Shown here piece after piece: positions 1 through 9,881 of a stretch of 64,000 bases of DNA (the first letter of the stretch is position 1; each line of letters starts with the position of its first letter). This DNA is from an uncultured Actinomycetota bacterium (GTDB lineage: Bacteria > Actinomycetota > Humimicrobiia > Humimicrobiales > Humimicrobiaceae): positions 69,985 to 133,984 of the forward strand of contig CAZRML010000036.1 of the NCBI GenBank assembly GCA_964601205.1. The letters run 5' to 3'. Under the pieces are notes generated by a model that made no database searches, was not told where the DNA came from, and worked only from the letters and a program-made list of their open reading frames with translations. Made by a program: the position numbers and the translations under genes.

Positions 1-375
1 TGGGAAGGGAAAGGATATGATGAAGTCAAATTAGAGTATCCAGAAATTTTCAATCAGTGGATGAGAGAACCCTATAAGGCATCCATCCCTAAAGGAGAGA
101 TGCTGTATGATGCCCAGAGCAGAGCCTGGAAAACTTTAAAAGAAATTGTGGAAAATAATGCCGGCACTTTTCTGGCAATTGTAACACATAGAATCATTAA
201 CAAACTTCTAATCTCAAAAATGCTTGATATTGGCGAATCAGGCATCTGGAAAATTAACCAGGACCCGTGCTGCATCAACATTTTTGAATTCAATTACGGT
301 TACTTCTTTGCCTCCAGGTTAAATTATAATTTTCATATAGCAGATATAAAAGATAGTTTTTTTAAAATAGATTAA
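1..375 (+). CDS. histidine phosphatase (phosphoglycerate mutase-like) family protein, 5'-truncated by window edge
   Basis: Reading frame is open from nt 1 and in frame with ORF 61-375. The C-terminal region resembles the PGM/CobC histidine phosphatase fold. Confidence 0.5.
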   Translation, partial: WEGKGYDEVKLEYPEIFNQWMREPYKASIPKGEMLYDAQSRAWKTLKEIVENNAGTFLAIVTHRIINKLLISKMLDIGESGIWKINQDPCCINIFEFNYGYFFASRLNYNFHIADIKDSFFKID

Positions 376-633
376 ATAATACAGAATTGCTGCCATTAAT
401 GCTGTTGTGCTGCCAGAGAAAGATGAAACCCTGATATTTATATAATTCCACATTACCCCTGCAATAAGAAATGAGAAAAAACTGCATATTCCTGTGCTTG
501 TTTTAATTTAGCCAACAGCAATCCGGGTTATTTGAATAAAGTTTCCAATAATTAAATATATAATAGCCCTGCTTCAAAACCTTATAAAAAAGCTTTATTC
601 TATTCTGCAAGAGCCTGCTTATACTATCGAGGC

Positions 634-1722
634 CTATTCAAATAATACTTTAAACTTCCCATATCCGCGTTCTTCCAGCTCATCCAATCTTACAAAATCC
701 AGTGCGCCGCTATTTATACAATAACGCAACCCCCCTTCTTCAGCAGGCCCGTCGTAAAACAGGTGGCCTAAATGACTGTCTCCGCTTCTGCTTCTTACTT
801 CTATTCTTTCCATACCGGCAGATTTATCCGTGTAATAGTTTACAACGTTCCACTGTATGGGCCTGGTAAATGATGGCCAGCCTGTACCAGAATTATATTT
901 ATCCGTAGATAAAAACAAGGGCTCTCCCGTTACTATGTCAACATAAAGACCGGCTTCTTTGTTATCCCAGTATTCATTTTCAAAAGGGCTTTCCGTAAAG
1001 CTCTCCCGGGTAATACTGAACTGCAGACCGGTTAATTTTTTCTTTATTTCTTCATCGGCTGGCTTTGGGTAATCTTTCAGGTTGACTAACGGTTTTAGTT
1101 CTGGTATTTTGCTTAAATTTATATGAGAGTAGCCGCCGGCATTTTTTTCCAGATAGTTCTGGTGGTAATCCTCTGCCAGAACATAATTTTTAACAGGCTC
1201 TATCTCTGTTACAATCTTTTCGCTATATTTTGCCTGTTCATCCGCTGTTACCGAATCAATTACTTTTTTATCTTCCTCATCCACATAATATATACCCGAA
1301 CGGTATTGACCGCCCCGGTCATTTCCCTGCCGGTTCAGAACTGTGGGGTCAATTACTGCATAATAATAACTGAGAAGCCGTGCAAGGGATATTTTTTCAG
1401 GGTCATAAACCACATATACCGTCTCTGCATGTCCCGTTTCTTTGATAGAATTATAATCTGTTTTATCACCTGTTCCATTTGCATATCCCACATTGGTGTA
1501 CTCAATTCCGCTTATCCGGTCAATATAGGCCTGAAGCCCCCAGAAACATCCACCTGCCAGATATATTTCTTTATACCTGCTGTTTTTATAATCCGGAACA
1601 ATCATTATAGATTCCTTTTGGTTGTCTTTTTTAGAATTGTTATTTATATTAAAAAATATAAAGCCCAATACTGTCGCAATAATAATGATAATTATTACTA
1701 TTATAATTATATATGTCTTCAT
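634..1722 (-). CDS. membrane-anchored bifunctional peptide methionine sulfoxide reductase MsrA/MsrB fusion
   Basis: N-terminal poly-Ile TM helix. MsrA active-site motif GCFWG. C-terminal MsrB motifs (GTGWPSF, HLGHLF). Confidence 0.85.
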   Translation of the reverse strand: MKTYIIIIVIIIIIIATVLGFIFFNINNNSKKDNQKESIMIVPDYKNSRYKEIYLAGGCFWGLQAYIDRISGIEYTNVGYANGTGDKTDYNSIKETGHAETVYVVYDPEKISLARLLSYYYAVIDPTVLNRQGNDRGGQYRSGIYYVDEEDKKVIDSVTADEQAKYSEKIVTEIEPVKNYVLAEDYHQNYLEKNAGGYSHINLSKIPELKPLVNLKDYPKPADEEIKKKLTGLQFSITRESFTESPFENEYWDNKEAGLYVDIVTGEPLFLSTDKYNSGTGWPSFTRPIQWNVVNYYTDKSAGMERIEVRSRSGDSHLGHLFYDGPAEEGGLRYCINSGALDFVRLDELEERGYGKFKVLFE

Positions 1723-1870
1723 ATTCCTGAATAATTACTCCTTACCCCGGGAGATTATATCCCATTAGCCTGTAACATAGGCCTGAAAATTTTTATAGTA
1801 CAAATATTGTCAATAGAAAGTAAAGGCTCAACTTACAACTACCGGAAATCCTCTAACAGAACAAACACCA

Positions 1871-2560
1871 CTACTTCTTCTCTTTTCTAAAGCACAGGAA
1901 CCAATCAAGACAATACTTATCTTCTTCCTTTGTTTCCATCCGCTCTTTTGCGGTGCCACATGAACCCGGAGGAGGAATTATGCAATCATCTCCCGGCCTC
2001 CAGTCTGCAGGAGTTGCAACCTTATCTTTGTCCGCCTTCTGAAGAGCCAATACCAGCCTCTTTATTTCATCAAAATTTCTGCCGGTAGAAGATGGATAAT
2101 ACAGGATAGCCCTGATTATTGCCCTGGGGTCAATAATAAATACTGCCCTTACCGCCTGGCTTGTAGACTGGTTGGGGTGTATCATACCGAACTTGTTAGC
2201 TACTTCCATCTTTATGTCTTCGATTAAAGGAAAGGTTACCTCTACATTTTTATGTCCTTTCCATTCAATTTTTTCCTGTATGGTCCTGAGCCAGGCAATA
2301 TGAGCATAAAGAGAGTCCACCGAAAGACCAATAAGTTCGGTATTTAGTTTTCTAAACTCATCAATCATGGAAGCAAAAGTTATAAATTCTGTGGTGCAAA
2401 CCGGTGTAAAGTCTGCCGGGTGACTGAACAGTATAACCCATTTCCCTTTATAATCCTGTGGGAAATTAATCTCGCCCTGAGTAGTTACAGCCTTAAATGA
2501 TGGAGCAGGGTCTCCTATGAGCGGCATTTTGTATTCTTTTTTTTCTTCTAATTCTTCCAT
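1871..2560 (-). CDS. peroxiredoxin (Prx6/archaeal-type Prx with C-terminal Cys pair)
   Basis: FTPVCTTE peroxidatic cysteine motif. C-terminal CIIPPPGSC. An AAGGGG Shine-Dalgarno precedes the first ATG. Lies 18 bp downstream of perR. Confidence 0.85.
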   Translation of the reverse strand: MEELEEKKEYKMPLIGDPAPSFKAVTTQGEINFPQDYKGKWVILFSHPADFTPVCTTEFITFASMIDEFRKLNTELIGLSVDSLYAHIAWLRTIQEKIEWKGHKNVEVTFPLIEDIKMEVANKFGMIHPNQSTSQAVRAVFIIDPRAIIRAILYYPSSTGRNFDEIKRLVLALQKADKDKVATPADWRPGDDCIIPPPGSCGTAKERMETKEEDKYCLDWFLCFRKEKK

Positions 2561-2578
2561 TGCCTATTCCCCTTTCAA

Positions 2579-2989
2579 TTATTTGTTTTTATTACGGCAT
2601 TCCGGACAAATGCCCCTGAAATACACATCCTTCTCGGTTATTTTGAAATCTTTCAAAACATTAGAAGATAAAGTATCGGTATCTATCGGAAAGTCATATA
2701 TCTTTCCGCATAACTCACATTTAAAATGGCCATGGGCAGATACTTCACTATCATACCTTACCTCATTATCTTCTATGTTTACGACCCTTACCAGCCCTGC
2801 TTTCCTGAATATATCCATGGTATTATATACAGTAGCTTTCGAAAGAGTTGGCATTTCTTTAACCAGATACCTGAATATCTGGTCAGCCGTCGGATGATTC
2901 CTCTCATTGTTAAGATACTCAAATATCTTCATTCTCTGGTAAGAAGGCCTTATATTCTTTTCCTTTAATTTTTCAGCAATACTTCTCAT
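2579..2989 (-). CDS. perR: Fur-family peroxide-responsive repressor (PerR-like)
   Basis: Fur-family N-terminal DNA-binding helix-turn-helix with HGH and CxxC ... CPEC metal sites. Cotranscribed with the peroxiredoxin. Perfect Per box in its own promoter. Confidence 0.75.
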   Translation of the reverse strand: MRSIAEKLKEKNIRPSYQRMKIFEYLNNERNHPTADQIFRYLVKEMPTLSKATVYNTMDIFRKAGLVRVVNIEDNEVRYDSEVSAHGHFKCELCGKIYDFPIDTDTLSSNVLKDFKITEKDVYFRGICPECRNKNK

Positions 2990-3022
2990 TTTCTGATTCT
3001 ACCTAAAATCTTATTATATAGA

Positions 3023-3037
3023 TTATAATCATTATAA
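3023..3037. promoter_or_regulatory. PerR/Fur box TTATAATCATTATAA (perfect 7-1-7 inverted repeat)
   Basis: Exact match to the Bacillus Per box consensus TTATAATNATTATAA. Lies 34 bp upstream of the perR start, in the divergent perR/dagK intergenic region. Confidence 0.6.
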
Positions 3038-3216
3038 ATTAATTCTAATTATAATGCAATAATAATTAAAAATTTAGAATAATATTAAGATTAGAACTAA
3101 ATTATTGAGCTTTAGCAGGGATATTTTTATAGCGGAATCAAATTGTTAATGGGCAGCGTGCTTGTTCCAGGATAAATATCTTTAAATTATTAATAATAAG
3201 GGTTATTATCATCAAT

Positions 3217-4140
3217 ATGAAATATCTGGTTGTATTAAATCCAAGTGCTGCAAAGGGTTCGGCTTTAAAGAACAAACCAAAAATTGAAAAACTATTGGAG
3301 AAGTATCTGTCAGACTATTCTCTAATAGTTTCAGCCAGACCCGGTGATCCTACTATCCTGGCCCGGGAGGCTGCAGAAAAAGATTATGATGTGGTCGTTG
3401 CCGTAGGCGGTGACGGCACTTCAAATGAAATCATTAACGGCCTTATGGCATCTAAACTTGAAGGTAAGAAAATCCCGAAGCTGGCAGTGATCCCCGCAGG
3501 ACGGGGTAATGATTTTGCTGCCAGCATGGGTATTCCCGCAGAGTTTGAAGATGCTGTAAAAGCAATTACAACCGGAAAAACGAGAACCATTGATGTGGGA
3601 CAGGTCTTTGGAGGAAATTATCCTCAGGGGAAATTCTTTGGGAATGGAATTGGCATTGGCTTTGATACCATTGTTGGTTTTGAAGCAGCAAAATTACCCG
3701 GCTTCCTCTCGGGGATACCGGGTTATTTGATCGCTGCTATAAAAACGATATTTTTGTATTTTAAAGCTCCAACCCTGAGAGTCAAAATTGATAATGACAC
3801 TTTTGAACAACAGTGTCTTATTATATCAGTTATGAATGGATGGCGAATGGGCACTTCATTCAAGATGACACCATTATCGAAACCTGATGACGGATTGTTC
3901 AGTCTAATGATAGTGGAGCAGGTAAGCAGAATTGGTGCTATCAAACTGATGGGCAAAATTATGGCGGGGACGCAAGAAGGCCATCCCTCCATCAAAATGC
4001 CATTGACCGGCAGTATTGAAATCACTGCACTGAAAGGAAGCCTTCCAGTGCATGCTGACGGAGAAACGATTTGTGAAAAGGGAGATTCTCTGTATGCAAA
4101 AATATTTACAAAACAGATTGATTTAATAGTTGGAGGCTGA
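3217..4140 (+). CDS. diacylglycerol/lipid kinase family protein (YegS/DagK-like)
   Basis: GGDGT catalytic motif. Length and layout typical of DAGK_cat family. Confidence 0.8.
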   Translation: MKYLVVLNPSAAKGSALKNKPKIEKLLEKYLSDYSLIVSARPGDPTILAREAAEKDYDVVVAVGGDGTSNEIINGLMASKLEGKKIPKLAVIPAGRGNDFAASMGIPAEFEDAVKAITTGKTRTIDVGQVFGGNYPQGKFFGNGIGIGFDTIVGFEAAKLPGFLSGIPGYLIAAIKTIFLYFKAPTLRVKIDNDTFEQQCLIISVMNGWRMGTSFKMTPLSKPDDGLFSLMIVEQVSRIGAIKLMGKIMAGTQEGHPSIKMPLTGSIEITALKGSLPVHADGETICEKGDSLYAKIFTKQIDLIVGG

Positions 4141-4146
4141 TAATAA

Positions 4147-4905
4147 ATGATTAAATTTCTAATCAACCTTCTTATGAGGTTTATTCTATTTGTGACATGC
4201 GATATAAATAAAAAAGCATTGAAGGCTGTGCCGCGTAATGGTCCATTGATATTGATTGGAAATCATATAAACTCTTTAGACGTGCTTGTAGCCCTGGCCT
4301 TTTCATACCCCCGTAAGATCTTTTTTCTGGTTAAAAAGGAGACATTTGAGTCCCCCTTTTTAAAATTCCTGTTTAATACCTGGGGGTCCATTCCGGTTGA
4401 CCGGGGTACTGCTGATTTTCAAGCTTTAAACAAAGCAGCCGACGCTCTCAATCAGGGACATTTTTTTGTTATTGCACCTGAGGGTACACGCACAAAAAAT
4501 GGGCGGCTAATCAAGGCACATACCGGTGTGGTGGTAATTGCCATGAAAAGCAAGGCTACGATTATGCCTGTTGTCCAGTATGGTGGAGAAAAGTTTTTTG
4601 AGAACATCAAAAAGTTGCGCAGAACAAAGGTCACAATTCAGGTTGGCGCGCCATTCATTATTAGCCCGGGCAGTGCCTATCCAGATAAAGAAGAACGCCA
4701 GTTGATTGCAGATGAGATAATGTATCAAGTGGCAGAGCTCCTACCGGCAGAGTACCGGGGGTATTATTCAGATTTGAGTAAAGCTACGACAAATTATTTA
4801 AATTTTGATGTACCGGTAATCAAACCAATTCACCATCCCCGCTGGCATAAGATTGCGAATGCAGTCAGGAATTATTTTTCATTCGCCAGGAATCCTGCCG
4901 AGTAA
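4147..4905 (+). CDS. plsC: 1-acyl-sn-glycerol-3-phosphate acyltransferase (PlsC family)
   Basis: NHINSLD (HX4D) acyltransferase motif. PEGTR motif. Confidence 0.8.
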   Translation: MIKFLINLLMRFILFVTCDINKKALKAVPRNGPLILIGNHINSLDVLVALAFSYPRKIFFLVKKETFESPFLKFLFNTWGSIPVDRGTADFQALNKAADALNQGHFFVIAPEGTRTKNGRLIKAHTGVVVIAMKSKATIMPVVQYGGEKFFENIKKLRRTKVTIQVGAPFIISPGSAYPDKEERQLIADEIMYQVAELLPAEYRGYYSDLSKATTNYLNFDVPVIKPIHHPRWHKIANAVRNYFSFARNPAE

Positions 4906-5310
4906 ATTCCTTTGCAACATTTTCAATACGAACCAGATATTCTCTATCCAGGTTTTAAACAGCATTGTATATAAGCTGGTTTATTAATCCCAGATTTGAA
5001 AGCATAATGTAAGGTGCCTATCTTGAGATACCAGAGGTGTGGATCTGGGACTGGCATAAAAACTTTATAGTTATTAAGAAGTATATTTTTCCTCTTGTTG
5101 AATAGACTTTTTTGGATCAAATGATTAAGATACCTACGAAGAATTAGTCTTAAAATGGCTACCCCTGCTTCAGCACAGAAGATAACCCATATAGATAGGT
5201 ATTTGTCAAAGAAGCTTATTTTCTGTATCAACCTTTTCAGTCATGCAAACCATACCACCTGTATTTATCCGTAAAACACTCAAAATTATTTTATAATTAC
5301 TGGCAGACCC

Positions 5311-5541
5311 TTATTTAAGTACTTCCTTTATCTCTTCCACAGAAGGAATCTTTCCTGAAAATTTTACCTTTCCGTCTATAGCCAGGCCCGGGGTTGCCAT
5401 AATACCAAAATCAGTAATCTTTCCTATATCGGTTACCTTTTCAAATTCTGCTTCAATCCCCAGGCTTTTTATAGCCTTTCTGGCATTTGCCTCTGTCTGC
5501 TTGCACTTTGGACATCCAGTCCCGATAATTTGAATCTTCAT
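5311..5541 (-). CDS. thioredoxin-family small protein (redox-active disulfide protein 2 type)
   Basis: 76 aa with CPKC active-site motif. Typical partner of DUF318 permeases under ArsR control. Confidence 0.75.
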   Translation of the reverse strand: MKIQIIGTGCPKCKQTEANARKAIKSLGIEAEFEKVTDIGKITDFGIMATPGLAIDGKVKFSGKIPSVEEIKEVLK

Positions 5542-5579
5542 AATAAAATCCTTTCTTTTTATATATTTACTTTAAGTTT

Positions 5580-6626
5580 TTATACGAAAAAATATCCGAA
5601 CATCATTCCTGTAAAAGTAGCCATAATAATTACCAGGAGAGCATAAACAATACTCTTTCTTACTCCCATAATTCTTCCTATTACAATCATATTGGGAAGA
5701 GACAGCGATGGTCCTGCAAGAAGCAGGGTAAGAGCTGGCCCCTTACCCATGCCCAGGTCCATAAGCGCTTTTATTATTGGTACTTCTGTAAGAGTTGAAA
5801 AGTACATTAGTGCCCCAAAAATCGAAGCAAGGAAATTTGACCTTATACTATTTCCGCCAACCCAGGTTTCCACAACACTCTGGGGAAGGAAATATTTAAT
5901 GACCCCGGCAATAAATACCCCTGCAAGAAGTATGGGAAATATCTGCCAGGTAAGCTTTCCGGTTTCCTTCATCCAGTCCTTAAGTTCTGGTTTCTTAAAA
6001 CCTATTACCAGTATTACTATCAGTATTACAAGGGAAACTCCTGCATAAATCCACATTTTTGCAGCTCCAAATACCAGTATGCCCAGAAGGGACAGGAAGT
6101 AGATTATGCTTATATATTTCGGTTTTTTATATCCACTTTCATCAAATGCCTTGAACATTTCCTGATCTCCTTCCATTTTTTTTCTTTCTTCTTTTATCCA
6201 TATAAATGACATAATAAGGCCTATTACCACAGAGAAGGTTATCGAGCCTATTGCCCTGGCAATTCCAAGGTCATATCCAAGAAGTCGTGCGGTGTATACT
6301 ATGGCAAGGATATTTATAGCAGGTCCAGAGTAAAGAAAGGCTATGGCCGGACCCAGCCCGGCGCCTCTTTTTCTGATGCCTGCAAACAGGGGAAGTATTG
6401 TGCAGGAGCAGACTGCAAGTACGGCTCCTGATACAGATGCTACGCTGTAGGATATCCACTTTTTCGCCCGGGGTCCAAAATATTTAAGTATTGCCCCTTT
6501 GGATACAAATACAGCAATGGCACCAGCAATAAAGAAGGCTGGTACCAGACAGGTAAGTACATGGGCTGAAAGATATTCCAGTAGTGCACCCCATCCTGAT
6601 TTTATTGCTTCAATAAAAATTTCCAT
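5580..6626 (-). CDS. DUF318/ArsP-like permease
   Basis: Polytopic membrane protein. Conserved CSC motif (VCSCTILP) as in organoarsenical permease ArsP. GAGGAA Shine-Dalgarno. Confidence 0.7.
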   Translation of the reverse strand: MEIFIEAIKSGWGALLEYLSAHVLTCLVPAFFIAGAIAVFVSKGAILKYFGPRAKKWISYSVASVSGAVLAVCSCTILPLFAGIRKRGAGLGPAIAFLYSGPAINILAIVYTARLLGYDLGIARAIGSITFSVVIGLIMSFIWIKEERKKMEGDQEMFKAFDESGYKKPKYISIIYFLSLLGILVFGAAKMWIYAGVSLVILIVILVIGFKKPELKDWMKETGKLTWQIFPILLAGVFIAGVIKYFLPQSVVETWVGGNSIRSNFLASIFGALMYFSTLTEVPIIKALMDLGMGKGPALTLLLAGPSLSLPNMIVIGRIMGVRKSIVYALLVIIMATFTGMMFGYFFV

Positions 6627-7001
6627 GAGTATCTGGTTCCTCTATACAAACTTAAGTACCCTCTCGTCTACCTTGTCCCTTAACTTTCTGAAGACCATAA
6701 GCTTTTCATCTTTTTTCCTCTGGCTTTAGCGGGATCTATTATGCTCTATTGAAAGTACCATGATTTAGCAATTTTCTTTTTATTAAGTAAGAACATAATC
6801 CTCAACTTGCCTTCTTTGGAAAGGGACTTTAGTATCCTGTTTAGTTTTCTTAAATATTACATTTTTTTGACAATAATAATAATCTTATCGTATATCATAT
6901 CTATATATTTAAAAATGTCAATATATTATACTTAATTTATTTCCTTTTTGTAGAGTGCAGATGACAAATAAATTATTTCAGGAATTTTAATATTTACGGT
7001 T

Positions 7002-7358
7002 TTATTGCCTGTTACAGATATCTTCCCTGTTTACATTGACAAGCCTGGCAAGGTCATCTCTTATCCGGGGGTCATCTTTTATTATGGAAATTATATTCTT
7101 TAGAAGTTTTTTGGTTCCAGGATCAAGATTGGGGTCCAAATTGTAGTTTATCCACTTTCCATCTTTGTTGAAATTTACCAGGCCACTGTTTTCAAGTTTT
7201 TTTAGGTGGCTTGATATAGTTGACTGGGAGAGCCCGATAAGATCTCTTATCTCACAAACGCAGAGGTCTTTCTTACTGATTAAGAGGGAGATAATTCTTA
7301 ATCTTCCTTCATCTGATATTGCTTTTAAAATCTTTATGACTGTTTTTAAATCCTGCAT
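7002..7358 (-). CDS. arsR: ArsR/SmtB family metalloregulator
   Basis: Winged helix-turn-helix with CVCE metal-binding motif (LCVCEIRDLIGLSQSTISSHLKKL). Confidence 0.85.
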   Translation of the reverse strand: MQDLKTVIKILKAISDEGRLRIISLLISKKDLCVCEIRDLIGLSQSTISSHLKKLENSGLVNFNKDGKWINYNLDPNLDPGTKKLLKNIISIIKDDPRIRDDLARLVNVNREDICNRQ

Positions 7359-7860
7359 CTTTTCGTTTTTATTATAATTATAGCTTTATTATAAGTTCAT
7401 ATTTAAATATTTCAATTAGTTATGATATTTATCTATATTAACCTTAATCCATACCTTAAGGATGTAAGAAATCTATATAAAAATTTTAGCTACAAACACC
7501 ATCATGTACCCAGTTCTTGAAATTCATTTAACCGGTGCTACTTTATTGATAATTCGTAAAAATATGGGAATTACTTAAGATGAATATGACTAAAAGGCAA
7601 CAGGACTTAAACAGAAACAATATGAATTAATAGATAGATTAAAAAGGATAACCGAAGCTGATGAAAAATACTCAATTATGTTTATTTACTTATTAAATTT
7701 ATGCTCTATAGCACCAGAATTATTTGAAAGTTCTAAAGTAGAGCAAAAAAGACAGTTAATTAATTTTTTACTCTTGAACTTAAAGCTAAGAGGGCAAAAG
7801 CTAGAGTACACCTTGAATAAACCGTTTGATGTACTGGTAAATATGGATAGTCGTTCTAAC

Positions 7861-7934
7861 TGGCTGGGGAGGGAGGATTCGAACCTCCGATCACGGGTCC
7901 AAGGCCCGTTGCCTTACCCCTTGGCTACTCCCCA
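7861..7934 (-). tRNA. tRNA-Gln (anticodon TTG), CCA encoded
   Basis: Reverse complement folds as a cloverleaf. Acceptor TGGGGAG/CTCCCCA with U1-A72 and G73 as in bacterial tRNA-Gln. T-arm GGAGGTTCGAATCCTCC. Anticodon loop CCTTGGA. Confidence 0.8.
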
Positions 7935-8039
7935 CAAGGGCTAATAAATTTTATATCAGAACACGCTAAAATTCAAATTTAAAAGAGGCCAAACAAAACA
8001 AATTTTTTAATGGTTTTTATTAGTGTCGGGTTTATATCA

Positions 8040-8957
8040 TTACCCGTAAACAGTTAAACTATCAGGTGTAGTGTGGGATAAAAATACTCTGGAGGTTACT
8101 GATTTTAAACCTTCGCGCACCCCTATTGCAGTTTTTAAATCATCGCAGAATGCAAACACCGTGGGCCCGCTTCCTGTCATCTGGGTGGCAATGGCTCCCA
8201 GCTTATGCGCCCTGCTCTTTATTCCATTTATTGCTTTATCTTCAATTGCCACTACTTCTTCCAGGTCATTTCTTAATTTTTTGAAAAAATTACTAAATTT
8301 TCTTTCAACAATATTATTTACAAGCTCGGTGTGTATTGATTTTTTTTCTTCCCCCACCAGGTCAAACTTTTCATATACATCTTTTGATAAAAATTTCCCC
8401 CCATTTGTGGCAATTATAATCCAGTAAAAAGGAAGGCGCGGAAGCTCGGAAAGCTTTTCTCCCCTGCCCTCGGCAAGAACTGTTCCCCCTTTAAGACAGA
8501 ATGGGACATCGGAACCCACTTTTCCTGCCAGGTTCATTAAATCTTTAATATCCATATTAAGGCCGAATAATTTGTCCATTGCAACCAGGGTTGCAGCAGC
8601 ATTGGTGCTTCCTCCAGCAAGGCCGGCGCATACAGGAATATGCTTTTCTATATTAATATTAACTGAATATTTACCCCTTAAATTATACCTGTCCAGAATC
8701 AGGGCCGCAGCCTTATGAACCAGGTTTTTCTCGTCCAGGGGGATATCTTCATTATCGCAGGTAATATAAATTCCATTTTTACAGGGAGGCTCAGGATTAC
8801 TCTTTATTTTTGATATCCCAAAAGTAAGCTCATCGGAAAGACTTATGCTCTGCATTATGGATTTTATTTCATGATAGCCATCATTTCTTCCGTTTTTTGA
8901 AACATTTAGATATAGATTTATTTTCCCTGAAGCTCTAAGTTTTATAATATTTTCCAT
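8040..8957 (-). CDS. ispE: 4-diphosphocytidyl-2-C-methyl-D-erythritol kinase
   Basis: GHMP kinase. N-terminal KINLYL..GYH motif typical of IspE. Confidence 0.85.
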   Translation of the reverse strand: MENIIKLRASGKINLYLNVSKNGRNDGYHEIKSIMQSISLSDELTFGISKIKSNPEPPCKNGIYITCDNEDIPLDEKNLVHKAAALILDRYNLRGKYSVNINIEKHIPVCAGLAGGSTNAAATLVAMDKLFGLNMDIKDLMNLAGKVGSDVPFCLKGGTVLAEGRGEKLSELPRLPFYWIIIATNGGKFLSKDVYEKFDLVGEEKKSIHTELVNNIVERKFSNFFKKLRNDLEEVVAIEDKAINGIKSRAHKLGAIATQMTGSGPTVFAFCDDLKTAIGVREGLKSVTSRVFLSHTTPDSLTVYG

Positions 8958-8988
8958 TTTTTTACTCTGATTAATGATAGCATAATTA

Positions 8989-9870
8989 TCATATATTAGG
9001 TATCAGGTTTTTATACAGGTAAATATAATCTTTAACAGTTAGTTCCTGTGCCCGTACATTTTTATCTTTACCAATACCGGATAGCAATTTTATAATTAAT
9101 TCCACTTTATAGCAATATGCCGGGTTAGATTGAACCAGCGAGTTAATAAGTTTTTTTCTCCTGTGTGAAAAACAGCTATCTATAAAATTAAAAAAATCTA
9201 CGATATCAAAGCCAGGGTTTTCCATGAGCTTCTCATCTCTTCTGGTTAGCTCTATAACCGATGAATCCACAAAGGGGCGGGGTATGAAGCAATTCCGAGA
9301 AATTTTAAAGCAGTAATTAAAATCAGCCAGAAAATTTGCTTTTACAGTATAGGAACTATAATTCTTTCCCCCTACCGGAGAAAGAATCCTGTCTGCTATA
9401 TCCTTCTGTACAGTCAGCACCATTTTCTTTACCTGATTCCCCTCCGTAATCATCTTTATAAGCAGGGGTGCGGCAATACTGTAGGGAAGATTTGATACCA
9501 CCTTGTTTATATTATAGGTAGAGGTTATATTGCAATAATCCAGCTTTAAAGCATCCGCCTGTATCAATTCCAGTTTTGACTTTTTCTTTAAATCCCGGGA
9601 AAAAATATCCCTGAATGCTTTAATAAGCTGTTTATCAATCTCAATGCATATTACTTTCTTCACCAGGGGCAGCATTATCTCTGTCAGGCCCCCGATACCG
9701 CTGCCAATTTCAAGGATTATATCTTCGGGACCAACTGCGCCACAGCCTGCTATTTTTTTTGCGCTATTAGTGTCGATTAAAAAGTTTTGCCCCAGATTTT
9801 TTCTTAATCTTATACCGTACTCGTCCAGAATCCTTACCGTATTACCCGGGGAACTTATATATGAATGCAT
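8989..9870 (-). CDS. rsmA: 16S rRNA (adenine1518/1519-N6)-dimethyltransferase
   Basis: GQNFLID motif and SAM-binding fold. Conserved ksgA-ispE linkage. Confidence 0.9.
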   Translation of the reverse strand: MHSYISSPGNTVRILDEYGIRLRKNLGQNFLIDTNSAKKIAGCGAVGPEDIILEIGSGIGGLTEIMLPLVKKVICIEIDKQLIKAFRDIFSRDLKKKSKLELIQADALKLDYCNITSTYNINKVVSNLPYSIAAPLLIKMITEGNQVKKMVLTVQKDIADRILSPVGGKNYSSYTVKANFLADFNYCFKISRNCFIPRPFVDSSVIELTRRDEKLMENPGFDIVDFFNFIDSCFSHRRKKLINSLVQSNPAYCYKVELIIKLLSGIGKDKNVRAQELTVKDYIYLYKNLIPNI

Positions 9871-9881
9871 TTTTTTAATGA

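Noticed and set aside
1123-1734. 203-aa plus-strand ORF antisense to msrAB
   Set aside because: Lies entirely within the well-supported MsrAB gene on the opposite strand. Composition-driven low-complexity translation.
7368-7394. Direct repeat TTTATTATAA x2 plus TATAATTATA palindrome upstream of arsR as an ArsR operator
   Set aside because: Extremely AT-rich, low-information sequence that overlaps the likely -10 region. Cannot be separated from promoter composition by eye.
7678-7944. 88-aa ORF overlapping tRNA-Gln
   Set aside because: Its 3' part is the tRNA gene read in the antisense direction. Only the upstream portion is discussed as a possible gene relic.
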